Positions 9,197-18,559 of a stretch of DNA of 64,000 nucleotides are shown piece by piece. Position 1 is the stretch's first letter. Every line of letters begins with the position of its first letter. Origin of the DNA: Gemmatimonadota bacterium (GTDB lineage Bacteria; Gemmatimonadota; Gemmatimonadetes; Longimicrobiales; Gaopeijiaceae); NCBI GenBank assembly GCA_007125845.1, contig SLCK01000014.1, forward strand, positions 16,546-80,545, in the 5' to 3' direction. The notes under the pieces are model-generated. The model was not told where the DNA came from and searched no databases. It was given only the letters and a program-made list of their open reading frames with translations. A program made the position numbers and the translations under genes.

Positions 9197-12100
9197 GTGT
9201 CGGAGGCCTCAACCCCTTCGAGGCCCCCAGTCAACGTGTGCGATCCTCCCCCGGGAGCCGGGTTCGTCACCATCAAGTCCAGTTCAGGCACTCCCTGCCC
9301 CCCGCTCACCGGCGCTACTCCCGATACTTCGTCCGGGTCCGAGTCCGACACCTCCGTCACCTCGAAGCTCTCCCAGTCCTCGCCCCCGCCCGGCAGGGGG
9401 TTCGTCACCGTGACCGTCCTCGGCCCCACCTCCGCATCCTCGTCGATCGCCATCGTCACTCTGATCTGTGTCTCCGACTGCACCGACACTCCGCTCAGAA
9501 CGACTCCGATTCCGCCGATCCCCACCTGTGTCACCCCGTCGACGAACCCCGCCCCGTGCAAAATCACCCCTCGCGTCTCACCCTTGTGTCCCGATGAGGG
9601 AGCCAAACCCCTCAGCGTCGGTGCCGGGTTTTGCGCCTCCTGCACCGTGAAGCTCTCCTCCAGCGTGTCCGATCCTCCCCCGGGGCCCGAATTCGTCACC
9701 GTCACGTCCCTATCGCCCGGGCTCGCGTCCTGATCGATCACGATCGTTGCTGTCAGTTCACTCTCCGACTCCACCGTCACCCCGCTCACTTGCACTCCGA
9801 TGCCGCTGATCGTGACTTCCGTCACCTCTTCGACGAACCCAGCCCCCATCAGTTCAATCGGCAGCGTCTGCCCCTGCTCTCCCGAGGACGGGGTCACATT
9901 GCTCACCGTCGGCTCCGGGTTCGGCGCCTGCGTTACCGCGAAGCTCCCGGGCAGCGTGTCCGACCCTCCCCCGGGGCCCGAATTCGTCACCGTCACGTCC
10001 CTATCGCCCGGGCTCGCGTCCTGATCGATCGTGATCGTCGCCGTCAGTTCACTCTCCGACACCACCGTCACCCCGCTCAATGCCACTCCGCTGCCGCTGA
10101 TCTCGACGTCCGTCACCCCTTCGACGAATCCGGTCCCGCTCAGTTCAACCGGCAGCGTCTCGCCCTGGATTCCCGAGGATGGGGCCACATCGGTCACCGT
10201 TGGGGCCGGGTTCGGCGCCTGCGTTACCTCGAAGTCCCCCGTCGCGTCACCCCCGCCCGGCAGCGGGTTCGTCACCGTCACCGTCCTCGCCCCCACCTCC
10301 GCATCCGCGTCGATCGCCACCGTCAGCTCGATCCGCGTATCCGACTCCACCGTCACACCGCTCACTTCCACTCCGTTGCCGCTGATCGAGACCTCCGTCG
10401 CCCCTTCGACGAACCCGGTCCCGCTCAACTCAACATCCACCGCCTGCCCCTGCTCTCCCGAGGGAGGTGACACACCGGTCAGGTTCGGCTCCGGAAAGGG
10501 CGCCTCTGTCACCTGGAAGCTCCCGGTCGCCTGGCCCCCGCCTGGTGAGGGATTGGTCACCCAGACCGTCCTCGTCCCCACTTCGGCGTCCTCGGCGATG
10601 GTGAGACTCAGGGCGATCCGGGTCTCCGAGGTGACCACCAAGCCGCTCAAGGTGAGTCCCTCGCCGCTGATCTCCACCGCGGTTTCTCCGGCTACAAAGC
10701 CTAAACCCGTCAGGACCAGGCCGAGCTCCTCTCCCTGCTCTCCAGATGACGGTGACACATTGGTCAGAGTCGGTTCCGGGAAGGGCGCCTGCTTCACCTC
10801 GAAGCTCCCCGTCGCCTCGCCTCCGCCTGGCGAGGGGTTCGACACCGTCACCGTCCGCGTACCCAGCTCCGCGTCCTCCGCGATGGTGAGGGTCAGGGTG
10901 ATCTGGGTCTCCGAACCGATCACCACACCGGACAGGGTCAGACCTGATCCGCTGACCTCGACCTGGGTTTCTCCGTTCACAAAGCCCGAGCCTGTGAGCG
11001 TCACCCCGAGCTGCTCGCCCTGCTCGCCTTCGTTCGGGCTGACGGACGTCAACGTGGGTTCGGGGAACGGCGGCTGCAGCACCTCGAATCCGTCGACCAG
11101 GGTGGCCGTCCCTCCTCCCGGCGTCGGGTTCTCGACGGTCACGTCCCTCGGGCCCAGCTCCGCATCCTCTGCGACCGAGATGCTGACTCGAAGCTGAGTC
11201 TCGCTCACGAACTCGATCCCGTCGACCGAGATCCCCGCACCGAACGAGACCTCGCTTTCCTCCTCGACGAATCCGGATCCGGCCAGAGTGACCAACAACG
11301 TCTCGCCCTGCTCACCTTCATCCGGGGCCACGCCCTCGAGATCGGGTTCGGGGAAGGTCCGGAGCACGGTGAAGGCGTCCTCGAGAGTCGCGGTTCCTCC
11401 ACCGGGTCCGGGGTTCGTGACCGATACCGACCTCGCGCCGAGCGCCGCGTCCTCCGCGATCGCGATGCTGGCTGCGATCTCCGTGGACGAGAGGACCTCG
11501 AAGTCCGTCACCTCGATGCCCGCGCCGAAGTCGATGGCCGTCTGACCGGGGAGGAAGTTTTGGCCGGTCAGCACGACATCGACTTCATCCCTCTGCAGAC
11601 CTTCGTCCGGCTCAACCCCAGTCAGGATCGGCTCCGGATTGCGAACCTCCAGCTCCACGGAGATTTGAAGGGGCGAGTTACCGGCACCGGGTGCCGAAAT
11701 CGAGACGGTCGCCCGGTACGTTCCCAGGGGCCGGCCCGTGGGATCGCTCGAAAGCACGAGCACGGTGGGTGCCGTTTCCGCGTTCAGCTCCGCCGTCAGC
11801 CACCCGGTCACCTGCCCTTCGTACTCCACAGAGACCGCGAGCTGGCTCAAGATTCCGGCGCCCGTGTTCGTGATCGTGATTCCGGCCGGGGTCGTGCTGG
11901 TCGCACCGATGAGCGCCGAGAATCGGAGGGATTCGCGGTCCACCCCGATGAGCGGCCAATCGATCACGCTGGCCAGCGCCGTCCCCCGGACGCCCTCGCT
12001 CGTCGCCGACACCTCCGCCTCCCCGACTCCCACAGCTGTGACGACCCCGTTCGCATTGACCGTTACGACACCTTCATCACCGGAGCTCCACGTGACTTCA

Positions 12101-12297
12101 CGACCGCTCAGACTCACCCCGTCGGCGCTCTGCGGAAGGGCTTGGAGAGTGACGCTCTGTCCCACCTCGAGGATCGCCACGGACGGCTCGATCACGACCC
12201 GATCGACACCCACAACCGAGACGACGGTGTCGGAGCACGAGAGGAGAAAGAGAGACATGCCGATGGCGGAAACCCACCCGGTGAGAACACGCGACAT
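9193..12297 (-). CDS. large cell-surface lipoprotein: Big_2-like Ig domain(s), then 8 tandem IPT/TIG-like repeats
   Basis: Start trimmed to ATG 12297 (MSRVLTGWVSAIGMSLFLLSC lipobox), with GGAAAGG upstream. The N-terminal extension to 12573 overlaps the upstream TPR gene. Big_2-like block is VTLQALPQSADG...VTAVGVGEAEVSATS. Then 8 repeats of 96-97 aa (PEPTLTxVSPxxGEQGxxLxVxLxGxGF...VTVTNPxPGGG). Confidence 0.8.
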   Translation of the reverse strand: MSRVLTGWVSAIGMSLFLLSCSDTVVSVVGVDRVVIEPSVAILEVGQSVTLQALPQSADGVSLSGREVTWSSGDEGVVTVNANGVVTAVGVGEAEVSATSEGVRGTALASVIDWPLIGVDRESLRFSALIGATSTTPAGITITNTGAGILSQLAVSVEYEGQVTGWLTAELNAETAPTVLVLSSDPTGRPLGTYRATVSISAPGAGNSPLQISVELEVRNPEPILTGVEPDEGLQRDEVDVVLTGQNFLPGQTAIDFGAGIEVTDFEVLSSTEIAASIAIAEDAALGARSVSVTNPGPGGGTATLEDAFTVLRTFPEPDLEGVAPDEGEQGETLLVTLAGSGFVEEESEVSFGAGISVDGIEFVSETQLRVSISVAEDAELGPRDVTVENPTPGGGTATLVDGFEVLQPPFPEPTLTSVSPNEGEQGEQLGVTLTGSGFVNGETQVEVSGSGLTLSGVVIGSETQITLTLTIAEDAELGTRTVTVSNPSPGGGEATGSFEVKQAPFPEPTLTNVSPSSGEQGEELGLVLTGLGFVAGETAVEISGEGLTLSGLVVTSETRIALSLTIAEDAEVGTRTVWVTNPSPGGGQATGSFQVTEAPFPEPNLTGVSPPSGEQGQAVDVELSGTGFVEGATEVSISGNGVEVSGVTVESDTRIELTVAIDADAEVGARTVTVTNPLPGGGDATGDFEVTQAPNPAPTVTDVAPSSGIQGETLPVELSGTGFVEGVTDVEISGSGVALSGVTVVSESELTATITIDQDASPGDRDVTVTNSGPGGGSDTLPGSFAVTQAPNPEPTVSNVTPSSGEQGQTLPIELMGAGFVEEVTEVTISGIGVQVSGVTVESESELTATIVIDQDASPGDRDVTVTNSGPGGGSDTLEESFTVQEAQNPAPTLRGLAPSSGHKGETRGVILHGAGFVDGVTQVGIGGIGVVLSGVSVQSETQIRVTMAIDEDAEVGPRTVTVTNPLPGGGEDWESFEVTEVSDSDPDEVSGVAPVSGGQGVPELDLMVTNPAPGGGSHTLTGGLEGVEASDT
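9330..11640 (-). repeat. about 8 tandem coding repeats, period about 291 bp (IPT/TIG-like modules)
   Basis: The unit starting 9661 recurs at 9952 (291-bp offset) with a run of about 66 identical bases (9674-9739 vs 9965-10030). Older copies are more diverged. Confidence 0.85.
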
Positions 12298-12311
12298 GGA
12301 AGCCTTTCCGA

Positions 12312-13478
12312 TCAATGGCGGAAGCGCAGCCAGACCAGATCCGACGCCCGTCCACCGGCTCCGGATGCGGTCGGGACGACCTGTAGAAACCCCGGACCGC
12401 TCGACACCTCGACAAAGGCATCCCTCGGGCCCACACCACGCACCGCATCGAGGGCGCCCAGAAGCGTGATGGCAGCCGCCGCTCCCAGCCCCGCCGCGAG
12501 GTATGGTCTCTCGGTGGACTCGGACCGCACCTGCCCGGGAGGACAAATCCCGTTTGTCGGCTGAGTCAGACACTCCACCGACCGCTCCTCGTGCAGAAAC
12601 CCAGCCGCCGCAGATCCGCCAGCGAGCCCGAGCACGAAGACGCCCATCCAGGGACGATCCGTGTAGAGATGGCCCATCCCGGGAATCAGTCCGGCGAGGA
12701 AGACCCTGCCCCGGGACGGCCCTGGGGCGAAAGACGGCTGACGCGGAGTCCCGAGCTCGGCCAACACCGGAATCCGATCCTCCGCAGCGGGCTCGAGCTC
12801 CAGATAGCGGCGAAGATCAGCCAACCCGGCGTCGGTCTGTCCGATGTTCAACCGAGCGAGGCCCCGATTGTAGTAGGCTGCCCCCCAGTCTCCCGCATGA
12901 GCCACCGCATCGGAGAAGGCCTCTTCCGCCTCCTCCATCCGCTCGGCGTCGAACTGTTCCACCCCGTCCCGAAATGCCTCCACGGCTGCGTCCGGTACGG
13001 CGAAGGCAGTGGGAGGGGCGATGCTCTCCAACACTCCCTCCACCTCCGCGGCGCTCGCCGGGTCCGGATTGAGTGCGAGATATCGGCAATACTCGTGGCT
13101 CGCCCGCTCGAGCTCACCCAGCGCCTCGAGAGTTCTGGCCAGGAGATACGCGATATGCTGTGCCGTGGGATCGATCTCGGCGGCTTCGGAGAGCAATTCG
13201 CGAGCCCGCTCCTGGTCTCCCAGGATCTGGGCCTGCGCGGCGGCGTTCCCTAGCCGCGAGGCCTCCGACGCCTCGGAAGCGGTGGGCTGGGAAGGTATCG
13301 TCGGCGAGGGCGGGCAGAGCGTGTCGCCTTCCGCTCGAGGGATGTCTCGCTTCAAGGGGAGCTCCTGGGCTCCTGCCAACCCGCCCGGCAAGAGCGCAGC
13401 CGAGAAGACGAGGCCGGAGATGAGCACACCGACCACCGTTCCCGGGAGATGGGTTCTCGCAAGTCGCCTTGGATCCAT
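12312..13478 (-). CDS. TPR-repeat protein with N-terminal signal/TM and C-terminal membrane segment
   Basis: 388 aa. TPR-like helices (YYNRGLARLNIGQTDAGLADLRRYLELEP; CRYLALNPD). C-terminal hydrophobic LIPGMGHLYTDRPWMGVFVLGLAGGSAAAGFL. Confidence 0.7.
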   Translation of the reverse strand: MDPRRLARTHLPGTVVGVLISGLVFSAALLPGGLAGAQELPLKRDIPRAEGDTLCPPSPTIPSQPTASEASEASRLGNAAAQAQILGDQERARELLSEAAEIDPTAQHIAYLLARTLEALGELERASHEYCRYLALNPDPASAAEVEGVLESIAPPTAFAVPDAAVEAFRDGVEQFDAERMEEAEEAFSDAVAHAGDWGAAYYNRGLARLNIGQTDAGLADLRRYLELEPAAEDRIPVLAELGTPRQPSFAPGPSRGRVFLAGLIPGMGHLYTDRPWMGVFVLGLAGGSAAAGFLHEERSVECLTQPTNGICPPGQVRSESTERPYLAAGLGAAAAITLLGALDAVRGVGPRDAFVEVSSGPGFLQVVPTASGAGGRASDLVWLRFRH

Positions 13479-13502
13479 CAGATTCTCACCTTCGATGCCT
13501 CA

Positions 13503-16500
13503 TCACCCTTCCGCCGGAATGAGCTCGACGGGCCGGCCCCGGTGGTCTCGCGTTCCGTCGCCGAGTTGCCCTTCCAGGTTGTTGCCCCAGCAATAGACCG
13601 CGCCTCCCTCGGTCCGGCCGCACGTGTGGGAGCCCGTGGACGAAAGCTCGGCGAATCGCAATGTGGCGTCCACACGCACCGGAGCCGACGAGTCTGCGGA
13701 CGACCCGTCGCCGAGCTGCCCAAAGGTGTTCTGCCCCCAGCAGTGCGCCTCTCTGCGATCATTCAATGCGCAGGTGTGGTTCGCACCAACTGTGATCGAC
13801 ACAAAGCGCTCCTCGATGTCGACGACCGCGGGATCGGACGGGGCGCGACCACCGCCCTCCACCCCGAGTTGTCCGAATCGATTCTCACCCCAGCAGAGGA
13901 CCTGTCCCTCACGCGTCAACCCGCACACGTGCGAGGCGCCAGCGCTCACGGCCATGAAGGCTCGACCGCCCCCCACCTGGGTGGGCTGCGAGCTCGCGTC
14001 CGGGACGCCCTGACCCCAGCACCAGATCTCACCGACGCCGGTGAGCGAGCAGGTGCGATCCCATCCGGCGGAGACCACGACCGCACGTGGTCCCATCGAG
14101 ACCCGGACCGGCTCGGCCCGGTCCTGAGTGGTGCCGTCGCCAAGTTGCCCGTCCGTGTTCTCCCCCCAACAATAGACCTCCCCTCCGTCGGTGCGGCCGC
14201 AGGTGTGGCTGAGCCCGGCCGAGAGCTCCACGAAGTAATGGTCCCCGGCAACGGGAACCGGCGCCGCCCGGTCTTCCCGGGTCCCGTCTCCAAGCTGACC
14301 CCGATCGTTGTCTCCCCAGCAGTAGGCACGGCCCCGGGTCGAGGCGGCGCACGTATGCGAGATCCCGGTCGCCACGATGGCGAAGGTCTCCGGAAGCGCC
14401 GGCGCGACCGGAGCGGCGCTCCGCATTGCACTCCCGTCGCCGAGCTGGCCGTTTCCGTTCCCCCCCCAACAGGCAAGACCGCCCTGGGCCGTGAGGCGAC
14501 AGGTGTGCATGCCTCCGGCGGAAATCATCGCCCTCGGAGCGAGTGCGGGGGGATCGGGGGAGCTGCCGACGGACTCGGCGATTCCCGGGAGGGCCTCGGG
14601 CTCGAACTCGGCAGGAGACTCAACGGGGGGGGACGGAACCTCCGGACCCTCCTCCTGTGGAGCCTCCGCGACCGCGTCGGGGGATGCCGTCGCGATCCAC
14701 TCCACTTCGGTGTCGCTGGCAAGGACCGAAGCCACCAGTCTCTGTGTCCCCGTTTCCGGACCCAGAGTCCAACGTGTCGCCGCAAGACCGTCCCGGTCCG
14801 TCAGGACGACCGCCTCACTCACGCTCCCCTCCCCCTCCGCGGCCACGAACTCCACCAGCACTCCGGAAAGCGGATTGCCGAACTCGTCCTCGACCCGCGC
14901 CATTACGGGCTCCGCGAGCGTGGCTCCTGGGGGCGCGAACCGGTCCGTGGATCCCATCGCGAGGAGAGCCGCAGCCTCGGAGGGGACGCCGATCGCCCGC
15001 GCCGAAGTCGCCGCGTCCCCACTGGGGAGGACAGCAGCGACGAGGTTCTCTCCGGGAGCCGCCCCGAGCGTCCACTCCGCCGACAGGACGCCGGAGTCGT
15101 CGGTGACACCGGCCTCCGGAACGATCGATCCCCCACCGGATTCGATCCGAAGCTCCACCGGGACACCCGAGAGCGGGCGGCCTGCGTCGTCCTCCACACG
15201 CACCAGAACCGGGGTCTCGAGTGGGGTGCCGACTCGCCCGACCTGGGCGCCACCTTCGACTATCTGGACTCGCGCGGGCATCCCGCCGGCATCTGCCGAA
15301 GCCGGACCGGATGGATCCTCCGCCGGCCCGAAGGGAGAGGCGTCGAGGATCCATGCGAATCCGTCGAGCCCTTCAGCGCTTTCCTGGACCGCAAGCCATC
15401 CCAACCCCCCGGCAATCAGCAAGGCGACCACGAACACGGCCGTGCGGGCCAGGGTTCGGCGCGCGGGAGCGGGTGGGGAGGAGCGGCTCGGCCCATCCTT
15501 GCTCCGACGGACTCCGGCCGCTCGCTCGGGAGCAACCCATCCGGCAAAGGACTCTCTACCGGGCTGATCGGATGCTACGGGCTCCGCGGGAATCCGCACC
15601 GTGGGTGCATGCTCGTGCCAGTCGATCGACTCCCCGTCCTCGAGGGGTGTGCGGTTGACCCACTCCCGCAGCGCCTCCGCCTCCCTGTGGATGTCCGGAA
15701 GTCCCAGCCTGCGCACCACGGACTCCGCGCTCGACCAGCGGTCCTCGGGAGCTTTCTCGAGGAGACCCTCGATGACCACCCGCAAGTCCGGCCTCAGGTC
15801 AGGCCTGAGCTCGGTCAACGGCGGCAAGGACTCGTGCTTCTGCTTGTAGACGATCGCGTAGAGGTTATGGCCCTCCCACGGGGGGCGACCCGTGAGCATC
15901 TGGTAGCTGACCATCCCGAGGCTGTAGAGGTCGCTGCGGCCGTCGAGCTCGCGGCCGTCCACCTGCTCCGGAGACATGTAGGCCGGCGTACCGACCGTGG
16001 CCCCAGCGAGAGTGATGTCATTGCTCTCACCGGAAGCTCGAGCGATCCCGAAGTCCGAGAGGAGGGCAGCGGCCTTGTCGACATCGAGATAGATGTTCTG
16101 CGGCTTCAGGTCGCGGTGGATGATCCCATGCTCTTCGTGCGCATAGGCGAGAGCGGACCCGACGTCTCGCAGCACGCTCCGCACCACTGTCAAAGGAGCC
16201 GCTCCGCTCCGTTGAATCGCCTCCTTGAGAGTGATCCCAGGGACGTACTGCATGATGAGGGCGAGGCTGCCGTCCCGAAGGTGTCGGGTCGCGAGCAGCG
16301 AGACGATGTTGGGGTGCCGAAGCTTGGCGACGAGCGTGGCCTCCCGGGCCAGCCTCGCCACTGCTTCAGAGTCACTCGAGAACCCGGGTCGGATCAGCTT
16401 GACGGCGACTTCGCCCCCGCTCCCGAGCTCACGCGCGAGATACACGATGGCCGTACCGCCTCGCCCCAGCTCGCGAATCAGCTCGTACTGGCCCTCCAAC

Positions 16501-16565
16501 TCCGGCACTCGAGGGATCCCTCGAGCCTCACCGGACGAGTCCTTAGGTCTGCTCGATTTCTCCAT
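13503..16565 (-). CDS. Hanks-type Ser/Thr protein kinase with TM helix, two Big_1-like Ig domains and a C-terminal RCC1-repeat propeller
   Basis: 1020 aa. Kinase motifs GRGGTAIVY, VAVK, HRDLKPQNI, DFGIA, GTPAYMSPE. TM helix TAVFVVALLIAGGLGWLAV. Two Ig-like modules (VLVRVEDDAGRPLSGVPVEL; VMARVEDEFGNPLSGVLVEF). About 7 RCC1 repeats (HTC...CWGxNxxGQLGDG). Confidence 0.9.
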   Translation of the reverse strand: MEKSSRPKDSSGEARGIPRVPELEGQYELIRELGRGGTAIVYLARELGSGGEVAVKLIRPGFSSDSEAVARLAREATLVAKLRHPNIVSLLATRHLRDGSLALIMQYVPGITLKEAIQRSGAAPLTVVRSVLRDVGSALAYAHEEHGIIHRDLKPQNIYLDVDKAAALLSDFGIARASGESNDITLAGATVGTPAYMSPEQVDGRELDGRSDLYSLGMVSYQMLTGRPPWEGHNLYAIVYKQKHESLPPLTELRPDLRPDLRVVIEGLLEKAPEDRWSSAESVVRRLGLPDIHREAEALREWVNRTPLEDGESIDWHEHAPTVRIPAEPVASDQPGRESFAGWVAPERAAGVRRSKDGPSRSSPPAPARRTLARTAVFVVALLIAGGLGWLAVQESAEGLDGFAWILDASPFGPAEDPSGPASADAGGMPARVQIVEGGAQVGRVGTPLETPVLVRVEDDAGRPLSGVPVELRIESGGGSIVPEAGVTDDSGVLSAEWTLGAAPGENLVAAVLPSGDAATSARAIGVPSEAAALLAMGSTDRFAPPGATLAEPVMARVEDEFGNPLSGVLVEFVAAEGEGSVSEAVVLTDRDGLAATRWTLGPETGTQRLVASVLASDTEVEWIATASPDAVAEAPQEEGPEVPSPPVESPAEFEPEALPGIAESVGSSPDPPALAPRAMISAGGMHTCRLTAQGGLACWGGNGNGQLGDGSAMRSAAPVAPALPETFAIVATGISHTCAASTRGRAYCWGDNDRGQLGDGTREDRAAPVPVAGDHYFVELSAGLSHTCGRTDGGEVYCWGENTDGQLGDGTTQDRAEPVRVSMGPRAVVVSAGWDRTCSLTGVGEIWCWGQGVPDASSQPTQVGGGRAFMAVSAGASHVCGLTREGQVLCWGENRFGQLGVEGGGRAPSDPAVVDIEERFVSITVGANHTCALNDRREAHCWGQNTFGQLGDGSSADSSAPVRVDATLRFAELSSTGSHTCGRTEGGAVYCWGNNLEGQLGDGTRDHRGRPVELIPAEG

Positions 16566-16577
16566 AGACCGACCCTA

Positions 16578-17561
16578 TCAGAGAAACCAGAGGAGTAGCC
16601 CGGAGACGACCATGAAGATCGCTACCGCGAGCGCCGTATCGTACTGCCTGAGCCAGCTCCGCAGCCGGCTTCGCCGGCCGCGTCTTCTCGACCTCGCCGA
16701 GTCGTCGAAACCGAGGAGGGGTGCAGCCACGGTCTCCGCGGACGCCGGAGTCGTCACAGCCGCACGAGGTGTCTCGGAGTTCCGAGCACGCGGGCCCGAG
16801 TCCGTCGAGCCTTCGACCCGCGACGAAACAGGGACACCCGCCGGATCGAACGCACCCAACACCACGCTGATGTTGTCCGTGCTCCCGTTTTCGAAGGCCC
16901 GCTCGACGAGCCCACGAGCCGACGCGTCCAGGTCGGCGGCGGAAGTCTCCAGGTCCTCCGCCAGCGCCTCCTCGGAGACCACCTGGTACAGGCCGTCACT
17001 GCAGAGGAGAACGGTGTGCGCCTCCTCGACCGGGAAGGGCCCGAAGCGGTCCACCTCTACCTCCGGCTCGGTACCCACCGCCCTCGTGAGGGCGTGGCGC
17101 CAGCGTGTTCCTTCTACCTCACGAACGGCTTCAGGTCCGGTGCGACGGGCCTCCTCCAGGACGGAGTGATCCGCAGTGAGACGCGTCACAGTTCGCTTCA
17201 CGACGTGATAGGCCCGGCTGTCACCCACATTTGCGATCTGATAGCCTCCGTCCTCTACTAGCAGGCCGATCAACGTCGTTCCCATTCCCTCCCATTCTGG
17301 ATTCTCCTGGGCCGCGTCGTACACGGCCCGGTTCGCCGCGCGGAACGCATCTTCCAACGAGGCGCCCGCCCGAAGCTCCTCGACCAGTTTCGCGAGAGCG
17401 CACGCGCTCGCCTGCTCGCCTGCTCGGTGTCCCCCCATTCCGTCCGCGAGGGCCAGGAGAACCCGGCCGTCCGGAAAGGACTCGACCGTCACCGCATCCT
17501 GGTTGCTAGGCCGTCGCCCCGCCTCGGTGTGGGCTCCGTGTCGCAGGAGAGGTCGCGCCAT
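16578..17561 (-). CDS. PP2C-family Ser/Thr protein phosphatase, C-terminal TM anchor
   Basis: 327 aa. Motifs NQDA, ALADGMGGHRAGEQAS, SDGLY, GSTDNISVV. C-terminal hydrophobic helix LAVAIFMVVSGLLLWFL. Confidence 0.9.
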   Translation of the reverse strand: MARPLLRHGAHTEAGRRPSNQDAVTVESFPDGRVLLALADGMGGHRAGEQASACALAKLVEELRAGASLEDAFRAANRAVYDAAQENPEWEGMGTTLIGLLVEDGGYQIANVGDSRAYHVVKRTVTRLTADHSVLEEARRTGPEAVREVEGTRWRHALTRAVGTEPEVEVDRFGPFPVEEAHTVLLCSDGLYQVVSEEALAEDLETSAADLDASARGLVERAFENGSTDNISVVLGAFDPAGVPVSSRVEGSTDSGPRARNSETPRAAVTTPASAETVAAPLLGFDDSARSRRRGRRSRLRSWLRQYDTALAVAIFMVVSGLLLWFL

Positions 17562-17564
17562 CGG

Positions 17565-18401
17565 TTACCGCTCCCGAAAGATGAACACGACCTCTCCCAT
17601 CTCGATCCGCGACCCGTCGCTGAGGCCCCGGCTCTCCTCGTCGCCCTCCAATAGCTCACCGTCCACGACGAGACCGTTTGTCGAGGAAAGATTCCCGACC
17701 CGCCACTCGCCGCCGACGTATTCCATGTACGCATGCATTCGGCTCACCGTGGGAGCGAGAATCCTGATGTGCTCATGCTCCGGACCCCGGCTCCGCCCGA
17801 AGGTGAATCGTGCCCTCCCAGGGCCCCGAACGAAGCGCACTTCCCGATCCGGATACCCGGAGACCGCTTCCAGGCGACCCGGGAGGAGGTGGAGGGTCCG
17901 GTCATCGTCGGTCGCATCGTCCGGTGACGCATCCGGTGTCGCGGCCGGCGGCGCCGTACGCACCGCCGGGGGATCGTCCCGGAGCATGCGGCCCCGTTCG
18001 TCGTCCCCACGTCCCCGCGTCCCCGAGGACGCGAACGCCTCCTCCCTAGAATGCGGATCCTCGAGCGTAACAGCCCCTTCCGACACCTCTGAACCGCCTG
18101 CATGATCCGGGCCAGCCGTGAAGCCCGGTCCGGAGGAAGGCACTCGCGGCCCATCTGCGTCGTTGAAGAGAAACCTGGGCCTCTGCTCCTCATCATGCCG
18201 ACGCCGAAGGGCCCTGACTCCGAACCAGAGACCGAGCCCGAGCACCCCGACCACAACGAGCGCCCCCACCCCTACCGCAACAGGGGCCTCCCGCACCATG
18301 TCCAGAGAGAGCCACCCCCCGCCCCCCTCGGCCGGGGCGTCCTGCACCCGGAGCAGCCCGAGCACCACCGCACAGAGCGTCCACATGTCGGAAGCCAACA
18401 C
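17565..18401 (-). CDS. FHA-domain protein with N-terminal TM segments
   Basis: 278 aa, GTG start directly after TTGGAGGAAG. C-terminal FHA block FTFGRS...VSRMHAYMEYVGGEWRVGNLSSTNGLVVDGE. N-terminal hydrophobic helices. Confidence 0.85.
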   Translation of the reverse strand: MLASDMWTLCAVVLGLLRVQDAPAEGGGGWLSLDMVREAPVAVGVGALVVVGVLGLGLWFGVRALRRRHDEEQRPRFLFNDADGPRVPSSGPGFTAGPDHAGGSEVSEGAVTLEDPHSREEAFASSGTRGRGDDERGRMLRDDPPAVRTAPPAATPDASPDDATDDDRTLHLLPGRLEAVSGYPDREVRFVRGPGRARFTFGRSRGPEHEHIRILAPTVSRMHAYMEYVGGEWRVGNLSSTNGLVVDGELLEGDEESRGLSDGSRIEMGEVVFIFRER

Positions 18402-18559
18402 CTTCCTCCAAGCTAATGGAGTCCGTCCCTCACGGAACTGAAAAATTCCCGCATGCCGGCCGCAGGAACGGCGGCCGAGCTATCCGGCGACCCGCAAGAT
18501 AGCTGATACACGCCAAGCGGCCCCAGGTGCGGGTGCCCCCCGCCGGAGCTCAGACCCGC

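Noticed and set aside
9330-11640. Regular tandem repeats considered as a possible CRISPR or satellite array
   Set aside because: The period of about 291 bp has no spacer/repeat alternation. The whole array is one open reading frame encoding Ig-like modules.
12298-12573. N-terminal extension of the Ig-repeat protein ORF (track start 12573)
   Set aside because: It would overlap the 3' end of the TPR gene by about 260 nt, and its translation is R/G-rich. An internal ATG at 12297 has an RBS and a canonical lipoprotein signal.
13449-16598. 1049-aa plus-strand ORF antisense to the Ser/Thr kinase gene
   Set aside because: The translation is R/P/G-rich with no motifs. The minus strand has unambiguous kinase, Ig and RCC1 signatures. 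This is a typical GC-rich shadow ORF.
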